A stretch of 36,659 bases of DNA, taken from positions 51,071 through 87,729 of the forward strand of contig CAZISX010000001.1 in assembly GCA_964542005.1 (NCBI GenBank), written 5' to 3'. The notes beneath the pieces are model-generated. The model had not been told where the DNA came from. It saw nothing but the letters and a program-made list of their open reading frames with translations, and made no database searches. Made by a program: the position numbers and the translations under genes. Of the stretch, positions 17,150-27,574 are shown piece after piece. The stretch comes from an uncultured Spirochaetales bacterium. Its GTDB lineage: Bacteria; UBP6; UBA1177; CALOFP01. Each line of letters opens with the position of its first letter. The first letter of the stretch is position 1.

Positions 17150-18319
17150 CTAAAAGAAAAGTTTTTGTAATTTTGGAAGCCAGATTCTTCTTCTTGTAGC
17201 AACAATTGCAATCAAAAGGTAAACAACAAAAAGAATAGCAATATGAACTAGATACGGCATAACAAGAGATATGTCTCCACTTTTTACAGAGAAAATCCTT
17301 AATGCCTGGAGCGCTGGTGTTGACGGAAAACAGGCAGCAATTATCTGAAGATAGCGAGGCATCTGCTCAAGCGGCCAGGTAAATCCAGAAATCATATAAA
17401 GAGGTGTTGAAACAAACATTAAAATCTGAAAAGCCTCAACTCTGTCTCTCATAAAGCTGGCAACTGCAATAGCAAGCGGTGCGAGTGAAAGAGAAAAAAC
17501 AATAAAAAGAAAAAACATTGCGGCCGGAAATGCTGCATGCCAGCCAAAAAGGGGAAAAACAAAGAAAACAATAAATGCAATACCTGCAATATAAAAGCCG
17601 ATATGGGCAAAAATCTTTGCTTCGATTGCTGTAAAAGGAAATTTATGGTGGAGCGTGTTGTAGCCTTTTTCGCGCCGAAGTCCAATTGAAAACGCAAGAG
17701 AAATAAGGATAACCTGCTGTATAACTATTAAAAAAATACCCGTTACCAGAAAATTTCCGTAGGCAAGTGTCGGATGATAAAGGAGTTTTTCATCAACAAA
17801 TATTGGAGAAATCCGGTTTTCAGCAGATTTTGAAGGAACTCCTTTATCAAGAAAAAACTCGATTGTCAGCTCTTTTCCGAGTGCATTCAAAGCATTATAA
17901 AGTGCTGGATAGGAAGTTCCATAAGTCAGCATATTGGCACTCTGAATCCATAACTTTATGCTCGACTGCTCCCCTTTTTTAACGAGCGAATCAAAATTTT
18001 CAGGAATAAATATAAGGAGTTCCGCCTCACCGTTTTGGACTGACTCAAACCCTTTTTCAAGAACAGCCTCCCGTTTTATAACACGGATTTCTCTGGTTGC
18101 ATCAATCATAAAAGAGAGTTTTCTCGAAATAGAAGAATTTGATGAATCAACGATTATCGCTGGTCTTTCTTCAGGGTTTTCCTTCTCATACAAAAACGAG
18201 ATTATAAATGAATAGAGAAACGGAACAGCAACAAGGATTAAAAGCACCGATTTTTCGGAAAAAATCCACCTGAATTCATCAACTATTCCGGCAAAAAGAA
18301 CGGCAAATCTGCTTTTCAT
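17150..18319 (-). CDS. ABC-2 type transporter permease (YhhJ/YbhR-like)
   Basis: An N-terminal TM helix, a ~150-aa periplasmic domain ('NSSISRKLSFMIDATREIR') and then 5 TM helices. It is a paralogue of the upstream gene. The ATGA start/stop overlap with 18316..19464 indicates coupling. Confidence 0.85.
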   Translation of the reverse strand: MKSRFAVLFAGIVDEFRWIFSEKSVLLILVAVPFLYSFIISFLYEKENPEERPAIIVDSSNSSISRKLSFMIDATREIRVIKREAVLEKGFESVQNGEAELLIFIPENFDSLVKKGEQSSIKLWIQSANMLTYGTSYPALYNALNALGKELTIEFFLDKGVPSKSAENRISPIFVDEKLLYHPTLAYGNFLVTGIFLIVIQQVILISLAFSIGLRREKGYNTLHHKFPFTAIEAKIFAHIGFYIAGIAFIVFFVFPLFGWHAAFPAAMFFLFIVFSLSLAPLAIAVASFMRDRVEAFQILMFVSTPLYMISGFTWPLEQMPRYLQIIAACFPSTPALQALRIFSVKSGDISLVMPYLVHIAILFVVYLLIAIVATRRRIWLPKLQKLFF

Positions 18320-19464
18320 GGATTTGCCCTCCTTCGTTTACCCGAGATTATGAATCCAATTGCACACAACTCTATTACAGAAATATAGATTGAAAGCTGC
18401 TTCATCATTGGAATTAAAACAACTGAAAGCATCGAAAAATCTGCCGGATAGTGGAGGAATATCCTCATCCCTTTTGCAAAAAATGTGAAAGGAATAAGAA
18501 ATGAAATCTGACGAAAAAATGACGGGAACATATCTGTCGGCCAGGTTATGCCTGAAAACATTAGAGAAAGCATCCCAAAAAGAATTGAAAGCTGAATACC
18601 TGACATCCAGTTTAAAAAAGAGAGCACTCCAATCATAAAAGCAAAAAGGATGTCAAGCACTATAAATATTGAAAGCATCGAAACTGTAATCAAAAAAGAT
18701 GAAGCAGAAAAAATCGAGGCATAAGGTAAAAAAAGATAGAAAAAAATCATGCCAGCTACAAAAGAATGGAGAAAAATAGCAGAAGATGCACCAATCCACG
18801 CCAAAAAAGAGGCTGGTTTTTCATAAGGAACAAATAATGATGCAGCCATAATCAGAATAAAAACATGAAGAAAAAAGAATGCAAGACCAGGAGCCATATA
18901 AACCGAATAGTTTGCAGCCGGATTAAATGGAACTGAATCCGAGATTGTAAGAGGCTGAACAATTGCAAGAGCCGATTCTTTTCTGCCGCCCATTTTCTTA
19001 ACAATATTAAGGGTTATCCCCGCAGAAATTGTTCCCGCAACCTTCTGGACAGCCCGGAGAACAGTTTTGCCTGTTAAAATATTGCTCCCATCAATCGCAA
19101 TTAAAGGAGAAGAGACCTTCCCTTTTTTAATATTGGAAGAGAAAGAGTCAGGAATAATCAAAACTGCGGTAACACTTCCTTTTAACAGCATATTTTCAGC
19201 ATCCTGCTGCAAAGAAATCCCTTTTTGAGTAATCTTTATCTCTCTTGTTGCATCGAGAAATTTTATCAAAGTCCGGCTTAAAGAGGAGTTGTCATTATCA
19301 ATAACCGCAACAGGAAGCTCCATCACAACATTGCCGCTATAAATATCCATACAAATCCACACAGCAAGATAAAGCATTGAAATTATTATAATATATCGTC
19401 TGACTTTAAAAACTTTAAGAAAATGGCTCTGGAAAGAGCTGAAAAACGGATTAAAAAAATTCAT
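18316..19464 (-). CDS. ABC-2 type transporter permease (YhhJ/YbhS-like)
   Basis: Same architecture as 17150..18319 ('NSSLSRTLIKFLDATREIK'). It starts 2 nt after the HlyD-family gene. Confidence 0.85.
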   Translation of the reverse strand: MNFFNPFFSSFQSHFLKVFKVRRYIIIISMLYLAVWICMDIYSGNVVMELPVAVIDNDNSSLSRTLIKFLDATREIKITQKGISLQQDAENMLLKGSVTAVLIIPDSFSSNIKKGKVSSPLIAIDGSNILTGKTVLRAVQKVAGTISAGITLNIVKKMGGRKESALAIVQPLTISDSVPFNPAANYSVYMAPGLAFFFLHVFILIMAASLFVPYEKPASFLAWIGASSAIFLHSFVAGMIFFYLFLPYASIFSASSFLITVSMLSIFIVLDILFAFMIGVLSFLNWMSGIQLSILFGMLSLMFSGITWPTDMFPSFFRQISFLIPFTFFAKGMRIFLHYPADFSMLSVVLIPMMKQLSIYISVIELCAIGFIISGKRRRANP

Positions 19465-19466
19465 AA

Positions 19467-20423
19467 CTACTTAATTCCCCATCGTGCAGTCATGCCTGGT
19501 CTTATCCCTTCGACCGGAGCAAGAGTTCTTGCCTTAACCTCAAAACTTTTCAAATCAAAACTCTTCTTTTCGGTTGTTGCCTTCCATGTCGCAAAATCAC
19601 CCATTGCACTTATCGCATAAATTTCCATATCAATATTTTTGTCAAGAGCTGGCAGAAAAACAGAAATTTTCATCCCCTTTTTCACATTTTTAAGCATATC
19701 CTCACGAAGAGAAAAAGAGACCCATAAATCGCTCAAATCAACAATAGTTATAATAGGATAACCTGTCGCTGCAAGCTCGCCTTTATGAAGAATTATCTTT
19801 GAAATCTCGCCAGAGACAGGAGCAATCTGGCTCATCTCCTTATGATAACTCTGAACCTCCGAAAGGGTTCCTTCGCCCTGCTTAACAAGTGCACGGAGTC
19901 CATCAATCTCCTCGCTTCTGGCACCTTTTAAAATAATAGAATATCTCGCCTCAGAAATCGCCACCTGATCGGTAGCAGCATTTACCGCATATTCTGCCTC
20001 ATCGAATTTTGCCTGAGGAAGAGCATTTTTATCACGCAGCTCCTTCATTCTGTCGAAATTTTTCTTAGCAATTTCAAGCTGATGGTTAGAAGCATCGAGT
20101 GCTTTTTTTGCAGCCTCTTTCTCCTCTGCCCGCGCTCCTCTTTCCGCCATTTTCAGCTTAGCTTTTGAAGCATCAATTGCAGCAGTAACCTGATCTATCT
20201 TTGCCATAATCTCTTCGCTTTCTATAGTAATCAACTTGTCACCAAGCTTAACCGTGTCGCCCTCTCTGACAAAAAGCTCTTTTACACGACCTGGAACTTT
20301 TGAAGCAACATCAATCTCAACCGCATCAACAAGACCTGTCACAACAACCGCGTCAGATGTTTTAGACTCGGAACATCCGGCAAAAAAAGCCATAGTCAAT
20401 ATCAAAACTGCAATCTTTTTCAT
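19467..20423 (-). CDS. HlyD-family periplasmic adaptor lipoprotein (YbhG/YhiI-like)
   Basis: Lipobox 'FFAGCSE'. Also a barrel-sandwich/lipoyl motif 'VKELFVREGDTVKLGDKLITIE', a long coiled-coil hairpin, and 'VPVEGIRPGMTA' at the C-terminus. Confidence 0.85.
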   Translation of the reverse strand: MKKIAVLILTMAFFAGCSESKTSDAVVVTGLVDAVEIDVASKVPGRVKELFVREGDTVKLGDKLITIESEEIMAKIDQVTAAIDASKAKLKMAERGARAEEKEAAKKALDASNHQLEIAKKNFDRMKELRDKNALPQAKFDEAEYAVNAATDQVAISEARYSIILKGARSEEIDGLRALVKQGEGTLSEVQSYHKEMSQIAPVSGEISKIILHKGELAATGYPIITIVDLSDLWVSFSLREDMLKNVKKGMKISVFLPALDKNIDMEIYAISAMGDFATWKATTEKKSFDLKSFEVKARTLAPVEGIRPGMTARWGIK

Positions 20424-20474
20424 CTCAATATCTCCTGAAATCAGAACAATAATTCATATCAAAAAAACATTAAC

Positions 20475-20504
20475 ATTATTTAGCAAAAACAAAGCAATAG
20501 TCAA
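20475..20504 (-). promoter_or_regulatory. weak sigma70-like promoter candidate for the HlyD/ABC-2 operon
   Basis: Minus strand reads TTGACT (20504-20499), an 18-nt spacer, then AATAAT (20480-20475). The spacer is longer than optimal. Confidence 0.3.
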
Positions 20505-20869
20505 GTATTATCGAGATAAATCAGTAAGTAACAGCTCTAACAAACATTTCAATTTTCATATTATTTTCAGATGAGCGAGACTGCATACTCAACTATTTCC
20601 AGCATATAGAGGTTAAATTTTTTAGTCACTAGCAACACTTTTTCTGAGGAACAAAAAAAAGCAAACAGAATATATCAGAACAGCTTTCATCCAATAAGAC
20701 ATTGATTAATCCATTTCAATACAATAATTGCAACAACAAACCAAAAAGCATAATCCGCTTAGAATTTAACTTATTATTCAAAGCAAATCAATAATTAGAT
20801 ATTGTTATATAATTTAAAGCAGTTACAAGACACACTTTTATGTAAATAATATTTGGAAAGAGCTGCCGA

Positions 20870-21286
20870 CTAGTTTTTCTTTTTTGAAACCTCAAGAAGA
20901 ACGAGCCTGTTTTCTGCTCTTTTCATCGAATAATAAGCTCTTTTGTATTCATGGGAGGTTGGCTTGTCTTTAAACTGGTCAACTCTCTTCTCTGCTCTTT
21001 CCCTGGCTGCAATTGATCTGTCTGCATCTATTTCAGCAGGGGATTCGGACGCATCTGAAAAAATTGTTACATCGTTATTAACAAGACTTAGGATTCCTCT
21101 TGAAATCGTAAAATAATAGGCTTCGCCATCTGCTTTAATTCTGATTATTCCTGTTTCAAGTGTAGAAATAATAGGCATGTGTCCGGCAAGAATTTCCATC
21201 TGACCGGCAGCCCCTGGAACTAAGACAGAGGTAATTTCACCATCAAATATGGTAGACATTCTGGTAAGAATTTTAAGATTAAGCAT
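20870..21286 (-). CDS. atpC: F1 ATP synthase epsilon subunit
   Basis: 138 aa with 'FDGEITSVLVPGAAGQMEILAGHMPIIS'. An AAGGAG RBS lies inside the end of atpD. It is the last gene of the atp operon. Confidence 0.9.
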   Translation of the reverse strand: MLNLKILTRMSTIFDGEITSVLVPGAAGQMEILAGHMPIISTLETGIIRIKADGEAYYFTISRGILSLVNNDVTIFSDASESPAEIDADRSIAARERAEKRVDQFKDKPTSHEYKRAYYSMKRAENRLVLLEVSKKKN

Positions 21287-21288
21287 AA

Positions 21289-22725
<1,437 letters not shown>

Positions 22726-22728
22726 CTA

Positions 22729-23607
22729 TCATTTCAGTGCTTCTGCGCCGCCTATGATTTCCATAAGCTCTTTTGTTATAGCATCCTGTCTGACTCTGTT
22801 GTAGAGTAAAACAAGATGAGATATCATCTCTTCTGCGTTTTTGGTCGCAGAATCCATCGCATTCATTCTGGCTGAAAATTCGCTTGCAACAGATTCCATT
22901 AAATCGTGGTAAAGCTCTGTTGCTGCAAATCTTTTTACTATAAAATCAAAAAGCTCTTCTGGTGAAGGCTCTATGATAAGGTCTCTGTTTTCTTTATCTT
23001 TTACCTCTTCTTCGTGAGCAAAAGTATCTTCTACAAGAGGAAATATCTGATCTTTTGTAACTTCCTGAGAAACAGCTGATTTAAATCTGTTATAGACAAC
23101 TGTAACTAAATCAAATTTTCCGGAAATATAGTTGTCAGCAATAAGATCAACCAAATCAAACATGTAATTAAATTGCAAGTCCTGAAAAAGATTGATAAAA
23201 TCATAGTTCTTTTCAGCATCAACCATCCGAAGACTCTCTCCGGCCTTCTTTCCTATAAAAAATATGGTTGAATTTACTCCTTCTTTTTTGCGGTCAGCAA
23301 TGTATTTTTTTGTGTAGCGGACAATACTTGCATTGAAAGAGCCGCAAAGTCCTCTATCTCCACTCACTACAATTACAGCCTCATTTTTTATTTCAGCTCG
23401 AGCAATCATTAATGGATGAATTTTTTCAACCTTATGAATCAGAAAATGAGCCATTTTTCTCATTTCAACTGAAAACTTACGAGTAGATAACATAGTTGAC
23501 TGAGCTTTTCTAAGCTTTGTTGCAGCTATCATTTTCATTGCCCGCGTAATTTTCTGAGTATTTTTTACACTCTGAATTCTTTTCCTAATCTCTTTTAAGC
23601 CAGCCAT
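22729..23607 (-). CDS. atpG: F1 ATP synthase gamma subunit
   Basis: 'MAGLKEIRKRIQSVKNTQKITRAMKMIAATKLRKAQ' and the C-terminal 'ITKELMEIIGGAEAL'. Confidence 0.95.
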   Translation of the reverse strand: MAGLKEIRKRIQSVKNTQKITRAMKMIAATKLRKAQSTMLSTRKFSVEMRKMAHFLIHKVEKIHPLMIARAEIKNEAVIVVSGDRGLCGSFNASIVRYTKKYIADRKKEGVNSTIFFIGKKAGESLRMVDAEKNYDFINLFQDLQFNYMFDLVDLIADNYISGKFDLVTVVYNRFKSAVSQEVTKDQIFPLVEDTFAHEEEVKDKENRDLIIEPSPEELFDFIVKRFAATELYHDLMESVASEFSARMNAMDSATKNAEEMISHLVLLYNRVRQDAITKELMEIIGGAEALK

Positions 23608-23628
23608 TAGAGCTTTGACTCCTTTTGG

Positions 23629-25176
23629 TTATTCATCGTGAGCATTAATCTGAAGCACTTCCTTTTTGAAATATACGCCGTAATCATTAAGTATTGTGTT
23701 CAATTCTGTTTCGATCTCTTCTGAAATCATTTTTTTCTCTTTAACTATCTTGAGAAAAGAATCATGTCTCATATCAAGAAAATTGAGCAATTCTTCTTCA
23801 TAGCGAGCAATATGCTCAAGCTTTACACCTTTGAGGAAGCCATTTAATGCCGCATAGATTACAACAATCTGCTTTTCAACAGAAAGAGGTTTGTACTGTC
23901 CCTGTTTTAAAACTTCGGTAAGCATTGTTCCCTGCTCAAGCTGATCTCTTGTCGCTTTGTCAAGATCACTGCCAAACTGAGCAAATGCCTTAAGCTCACG
24001 ATATTGTGCAAGGGTAAGCTTAAGCTTTCCTGCAACCTGCTTCATGCCTTTAATCTGCGCACTGCCTCCAACTCTGGAAACTGAAAGACCTACATTTACA
24101 GCAGGTCTTATGCCTGAGTAAAAAAGATCTGATTCAAGGAAAATCTGTCCATCTGTAATAGAAATTACATTTGTCGGAATATATGCTGAAATATCTCCAG
24201 CCTGAGTTTCAATAATTGGAAGTGCTGTAAGCGAGCCGCCGCCCTCTTCTTTTGACATTTTTGCAGCTCTTTCAAGAAGTCTTGAGTGAAGATAAAAAAC
24301 ATCGCCAGGATAAGCTTCTCTGCCTGGAGGTCTTCTAAGAAGTAATGAAAGCTGTCTGTATGCAACCGCGTGTTTTGATAAATCATCATATATAATTAAG
24401 GCATGCTGCCCTCTATCTCTGAAATACTCACCCATTGTAACGCCGGAATATGGAACAATAAATTGAAGTGGAGCAGATTCTGATGCTGTAGCCGCAACAA
24501 CAATTGTATAATCCGTCGCGCCAACTTTCTTAAGTTTATCAACAACTTGAGCAACTGTTGACTGTTTCTGGCCAATTGCAACATAGATACAAACAACATC
24601 GCCGCCCTTCTGATTGATAATTGTATCAATCGCAATAGCAGTTTTGCCGGTCTGTCTATCTCCGATTATAAGTTCTCGCTGACCTCTTCCTATTGGAATC
24701 ATAGCATCTATTGCCTTAATTCCTGTTTGCAGAGGTTCTTTAACAGGCTGTCTTTTTACAATGCCGGGAGCTTTTATTTCTACAGGGCTGTAGGATTCAA
24801 AGTTAATAGGCCCCATTCCATCAATAGGCTCTCCTATTGCGTTAACTACGCGGCCAATAAGATTTTTGCCGACAGGAACAGACATAATTCGTCCGGTTCG
24901 CCGCACCTCGTCACCCTCTTTGACTTTCTCATAATCACCCATAATAGCAATACCAACAGAACCCTGTTCGAGGTTTAATACCATCCCGGTAACACCATTG
25001 CCAAAGTCAACAAGCTCTCCAGCCATTGCATTGTCAAGTCCGTAAACCACAGCGATTCCATCACCGGCAGAAAGAACATAGCCAATCTCTGTCGTATTCA
25101 TCCGTTTTTCAAAATGTTCAATTTTTTCGCGGATAATTTTGCTTATTTCATCTGATCTTAGCGCCATTTCGTGCAT
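23629..25176 (-). CDS. atpA: F1 ATP synthase alpha subunit
   Basis: Walker A '[15 protein letters not shown]' and '[21 protein letters not shown]'. ATG 25176 overlaps the atpH stop (TGATG). ATG 25167 (MALRSDE...) is an equally plausible start. Confidence 0.97.
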   Translation of the reverse strand: MHEMALRSDEISKIIREKIEHFEKRMNTTEIGYVLSAGDGIAVVYGLDNAMAGELVDFGNGVTGMVLNLEQGSVGIAIMGDYEKVKEGDEVRRTGRIMSVPVGKNLIGRVVNAIGEPIDGMGPINFESYSPVEIKAPGIVKRQPVKEPLQTGIKAIDAMIPIGRGQRELIIGDRQTGKTAIAIDTIINQKGGDVVCIYVAIGQKQSTVAQVVDKLKKVGATDYTIVVAATASESAPLQFIVPYSGVTMGEYFRDRGQHALIIYDDLSKHAVAYRQLSLLLRRPPGREAYPGDVFYLHSRLLERAAKMSKEEGGGSLTALPIIETQAGDISAYIPTNVISITDGQIFLESDLFYSGIRPAVNVGLSVSRVGGSAQIKGMKQVAGKLKLTLAQYRELKAFAQFGSDLDKATRDQLEQGTMLTEVLKQGQYKPLSVEKQIVVIYAALNGFLKGVKLEHIARYEEELLNFLDMRHDSFLKIVKEKKMISEEIETELNTILNDYGVYFKKEVLQINAHDE

Positions 25177-25727
25177 CAGATATTCTCCATTAAGGTTTCT
25201 CGTAAATCTGTTATCATACCTTTTAGTGAGCCATCATATATTTTGTTGCCAATTTTCAAAAGAGCTCCTCCGAGAAGTGAATCATCTATTCTGGAATTTA
25301 TCCTGATTCTTTTCTCTGGAAAAATTTTTGACATTTTTTCTTTCACAAGCGTTATTTCTTCTTCAGAAAATTTAGATGCCGAAATCAGCTCTGCATCAAT
25401 AAAGCCAAGAGAGGCATCATAAAGTTTTCTGGTAAAAACAATAATTTCTTTTAAAGCAGGTGTTTTTCTGCGTTCAATTAGCAAATAGTATAGATTTGTT
25501 GCATATTCTGAGATATTGAGTTGTGCCACCAGTTCTTTGAAAACATTTTTTTTCTCATCTTCATAAAAAGCGGGAGAATATAGAAGCTCCCGAAGGTCAT
25601 CTGACGATTCAACAAGTTTTTCAAGCATCTCTAAATCTGCAAAAACCTTTAAAGCGTTGTTTTCATCAATTGTTTTCAAGGAGTTGAAGAGTGATTTGCT
25701 GTAAAGTGCTATAATTTCGTAGCTCAT
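25176..25727 (-). CDS. atpH: F1 ATP synthase delta (OSCP) subunit
   Basis: 183 aa in the canonical position between b and alpha. The C-terminus '[24 protein letters not shown]' is the OSCP signature. ATGA overlap with atpF. Confidence 0.85.
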   Translation of the reverse strand: MSYEIIALYSKSLFNSLKTIDENNALKVFADLEMLEKLVESSDDLRELLYSPAFYEDEKKNVFKELVAQLNISEYATNLYYLLIERRKTPALKEIIVFTRKLYDASLGFIDAELISASKFSEEEITLVKEKMSKIFPEKRIRINSRIDDSLLGGALLKIGNKIYDGSLKGMITDLRETLMENI

Positions 25728-26269
25728 TTTACATTACCTAAAAGTTCTATGAATTCCCGTTTTAAATCGTTTTTAGCAGTCTCATCAAGCTGTTTTGCTC
25801 TTTTTTCAACTTCAGTAATAAAGCTGTCAATAAACTCCAAAACAATAGACTCACGAAGAGAAACAATTTCTTCATTAAGCCTTTTTTCTGCATCTATTCT
25901 TATTGCGATAGCCTCATTCTTGGCTTTTTGAACTATATCTTTATAAAGAACTTCCCCTTTTTCTTCATAACTTTCCTCAATAGATTTCTTTTCCTCTTCA
26001 AGTTTGGAAATTTTCTCCTTGAGACTTCTTATTTCTGATTCTGCAAACTCATAATTTGATTTGTAGCGATTAAATTCTTCACGAATAGTCCGCTCTCTTT
26101 CTTCAAAAAAGGCCTTAATCTTCTTGCCAGCAAAATAAACAAGTATCCATGCAAAAAGTACAAAGTTAATAACTGCATACAAAAATGAAAGCCATGGATT
26201 TCCTCCGTGTTCGCCGCCAGAAGCAAAGATAAGCACAGGGCAACATATTATAAATATTAAGAATTTCAC
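25724..26269 (-). CDS. atpF: Fo ATP synthase subunit b
   Basis: GTG start overlaps the b' stop (GTGA). An extra N-terminal hydrophobic segment precedes the TM helix 'LSFLYAVINFVLFAWILVYFAG', followed by a long charged helix ('FFEERERTIREEF...'). Confidence 0.85.
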   Translation of the reverse strand: MKFLIFIICCPVLIFASGGEHGGNPWLSFLYAVINFVLFAWILVYFAGKKIKAFFEERERTIREEFNRYKSNYEFAESEIRSLKEKISKLEEEKKSIEESYEEKGEVLYKDIVQKAKNEAIAIRIDAEKRLNEEIVSLRESIVLEFIDSFITEVEKRAKQLDETAKNDLKREFIELLGNVK

Positions 26270-26691
26270 TTTACTCTCCAGAGCTTTTTGGTAATAAGAG
26301 AAACAAACTCATCACGCATCGTAATCATCTCTTTTTTTAACGATTCTGACGATTTTATTATCTCTCCCCTTTTCCTTTCCGCAAAAAGAATAGTTTTTTC
26401 CCGCTCTTCTGTCATAAAAAGACTCATTTCAGCAAGTGCCTCTGCCTTGCGGGAAGTTATGATTTTGATTCCTGATTTATGAGACAATTCTATCTGCTGT
26501 CTGTATTGTTCTTTTAATTCTCGGGATGTTGATTGAGAAGAGATTGCGTGTTTGTTTTCTTTGTTAAGTATTTCTTTCCGTTTCTCTAGCATTTTTTGAA
26601 CAGGTTTGATAATAAAACGGCTGCAGAAAATTAAAAAAAGGATAAACAATCCTGTTTGAATTACAAAAACAGTCAAATCAAAAGAAAGCAT
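26266..26691 (-). CDS. atpF2: Fo ATP synthase subunit b' (second b-type subunit)
   Basis: 'FDLTVFVIQTGLFILFLIFCSRFIIKPVQKMLEKRKEIL' is the typical b/b' N-terminus, followed by a charged helix. It lies directly upstream of b. Confidence 0.75.
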   Translation of the reverse strand: MLSFDLTVFVIQTGLFILFLIFCSRFIIKPVQKMLEKRKEILNKENKHAISSQSTSRELKEQYRQQIELSHKSGIKIITSRKAEALAEMSLFMTEEREKTILFAERKRGEIIKSSESLKKEMITMRDEFVSLITKKLWRVK

Positions 26692-26707
26692 AAATTGCCC
26701 CGCTCAG

Positions 26708-27232
26708 TTATCTTTTATAAAATGATTTCTCAAAAAATATCTTGTCTGTATCTTCATCGGTAAGATGCCATAACTCTTTGATTTTTCTATTCATCTCCTC
26801 GGTGTAGCCTCTGGAGATATAGTATTGAATTCTGTCAAAAAAGGTCATCATTCTGCCGGTAAGCTCGCTAAGCTGCTGCATTTCGTAGCCTGTTTCGCTC
26901 ATAACTTCGCTTGTAGCATATTTTAGCACGGTAGCTCTTAGAAGAACTAGAGCTCGAAGAACTTCACAAAGAGGAATCTGCATTTTGAAAAACTTCATTC
27001 CCTCTTTTGCATAAATTCTCCCGATTTCCTCGGGATCAGCACCATAATTTATCCATTTTTCAAGCTCACCAAGAACAAGACGCGCTTTTTTCTCAATTTC
27101 TATAAGATTTTCTCTTGTAAAAGTTGAAGTTGTTTTGTCCGCAAGAACATTTCTTGTCCATTTCTGAAGAATCTGGCCAGCATTTTCTTCTATTAATTTG
27201 GCAAGTTTATTTGATAGTAAGCTTACTGTCAT
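26708..27232 (-). CDS. non-ATPase ORF in the atp operon; resembles the RsbR N-terminal / sensor-globin-like domain
   Basis: AAGGAA RBS 5-6 nt before ATG 27232. The gene starts 11 nt after atpE and ends 16 nt before b'. It is soluble and all-helical. 'LAKLIEENAGQILQKWTRNVL', 'IPLCEVLRALVLLRATVL' and 'RMMTFFDRIQYYISRGY' resemble the B. subtilis RsbRA N-domain pattern ('FIAENQNELLQLWTDTL', 'GLSMKFLATALAEFWKRLY', 'IDRFFSPINTEIFNQY'). The coding call is strong; the family call is tentative. Confidence 0.55.
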   Translation of the reverse strand: MTVSLLSNKLAKLIEENAGQILQKWTRNVLADKTTSTFTRENLIEIEKKARLVLGELEKWINYGADPEEIGRIYAKEGMKFFKMQIPLCEVLRALVLLRATVLKYATSEVMSETGYEMQQLSELTGRMMTFFDRIQYYISRGYTEEMNRKIKELWHLTDEDTDKIFFEKSFYKR

Positions 27233-27243
27233 ATTAGTTCCTT

Positions 27244-27558
27244 TTAAATTTTGCCGAAAAGCATGAACGCAATCAAAAGTGCATAAATAACCAGAGACTC
27301 AATAAAAGCAATTGCTAATATGAAAAGAAGCATTAATCTTTTTGATGTTTCCGGATTTCTTGCACTTCCTTCAATTGTTGCTGATGCAGCATGTCCCATA
27401 CCAATTCCGCCACCAAGAGCAGCAACTCCTATTGCAAAGCCAGCTCCTAAAGCAAGAAGACCTTTTTCAATAGAACCAGACGAGCCTGCTACAGCTTCCT
27501 GTGCAAAAAGCGGAGCCATCATAAGAAATGCTGAAATAAATCCAATAAACTTTTTCAT
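27244..27558 (-). CDS. atpE: Fo ATP synthase subunit c with signal-peptide-like N-terminal extension
   Basis: AAGGAGA lies 6 nt before the ATG. The hairpin core is 'GAGFAIGVAALGGGIGMGHAA...RNPE...LAIAFIESLVIYALLIAF', with the carboxylate in 'IES'. About 25 extra N-terminal residues, 'MKKFIGFISAFLMMAPLFAQEA', precede it. Confidence 0.9.
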   Translation of the reverse strand: MKKFIGFISAFLMMAPLFAQEAVAGSSGSIEKGLLALGAGFAIGVAALGGGIGMGHAASATIEGSARNPETSKRLMLLFILAIAFIESLVIYALLIAFMLFGKI

Positions 27559-27574
27559 AAAATCTCTCCTTTAT

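Noticed and set aside
20575-20869. About 300 bp of ORF-free, very AT-rich DNA between atpC and the HlyD operon promoter. I examined it for a tRNA, small RNA, CRISPR repeats or IS ends.
   Set aside because: I saw no direct or inverted repeats, no cloverleaf-compatible segments and no stable stems. It is most simply a promoter/terminator spacer. A small RNA cannot be excluded without covariance or expression data.
25167-25176. Alternative atpA starts: ATG 25176 (MHEMALRS...) versus ATG 25167 (MALRS...).
   Set aside because: Sequence alone cannot distinguish them. I kept the longer form because it overlaps the atpH stop (TGATG coupling).
27244-27558. Whether the c subunit is Na+-specific, given an E-S pair in 'IESLVIY'.
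   Set aside because: Two other residues of the Na+ signature, as known from Ilyobacter and Propionigenium c subunits, are missing. The helix-1 Gln is Met ('GIGMGH'), and the Thr after the Ser is Leu. Proton coupling is the default reading.
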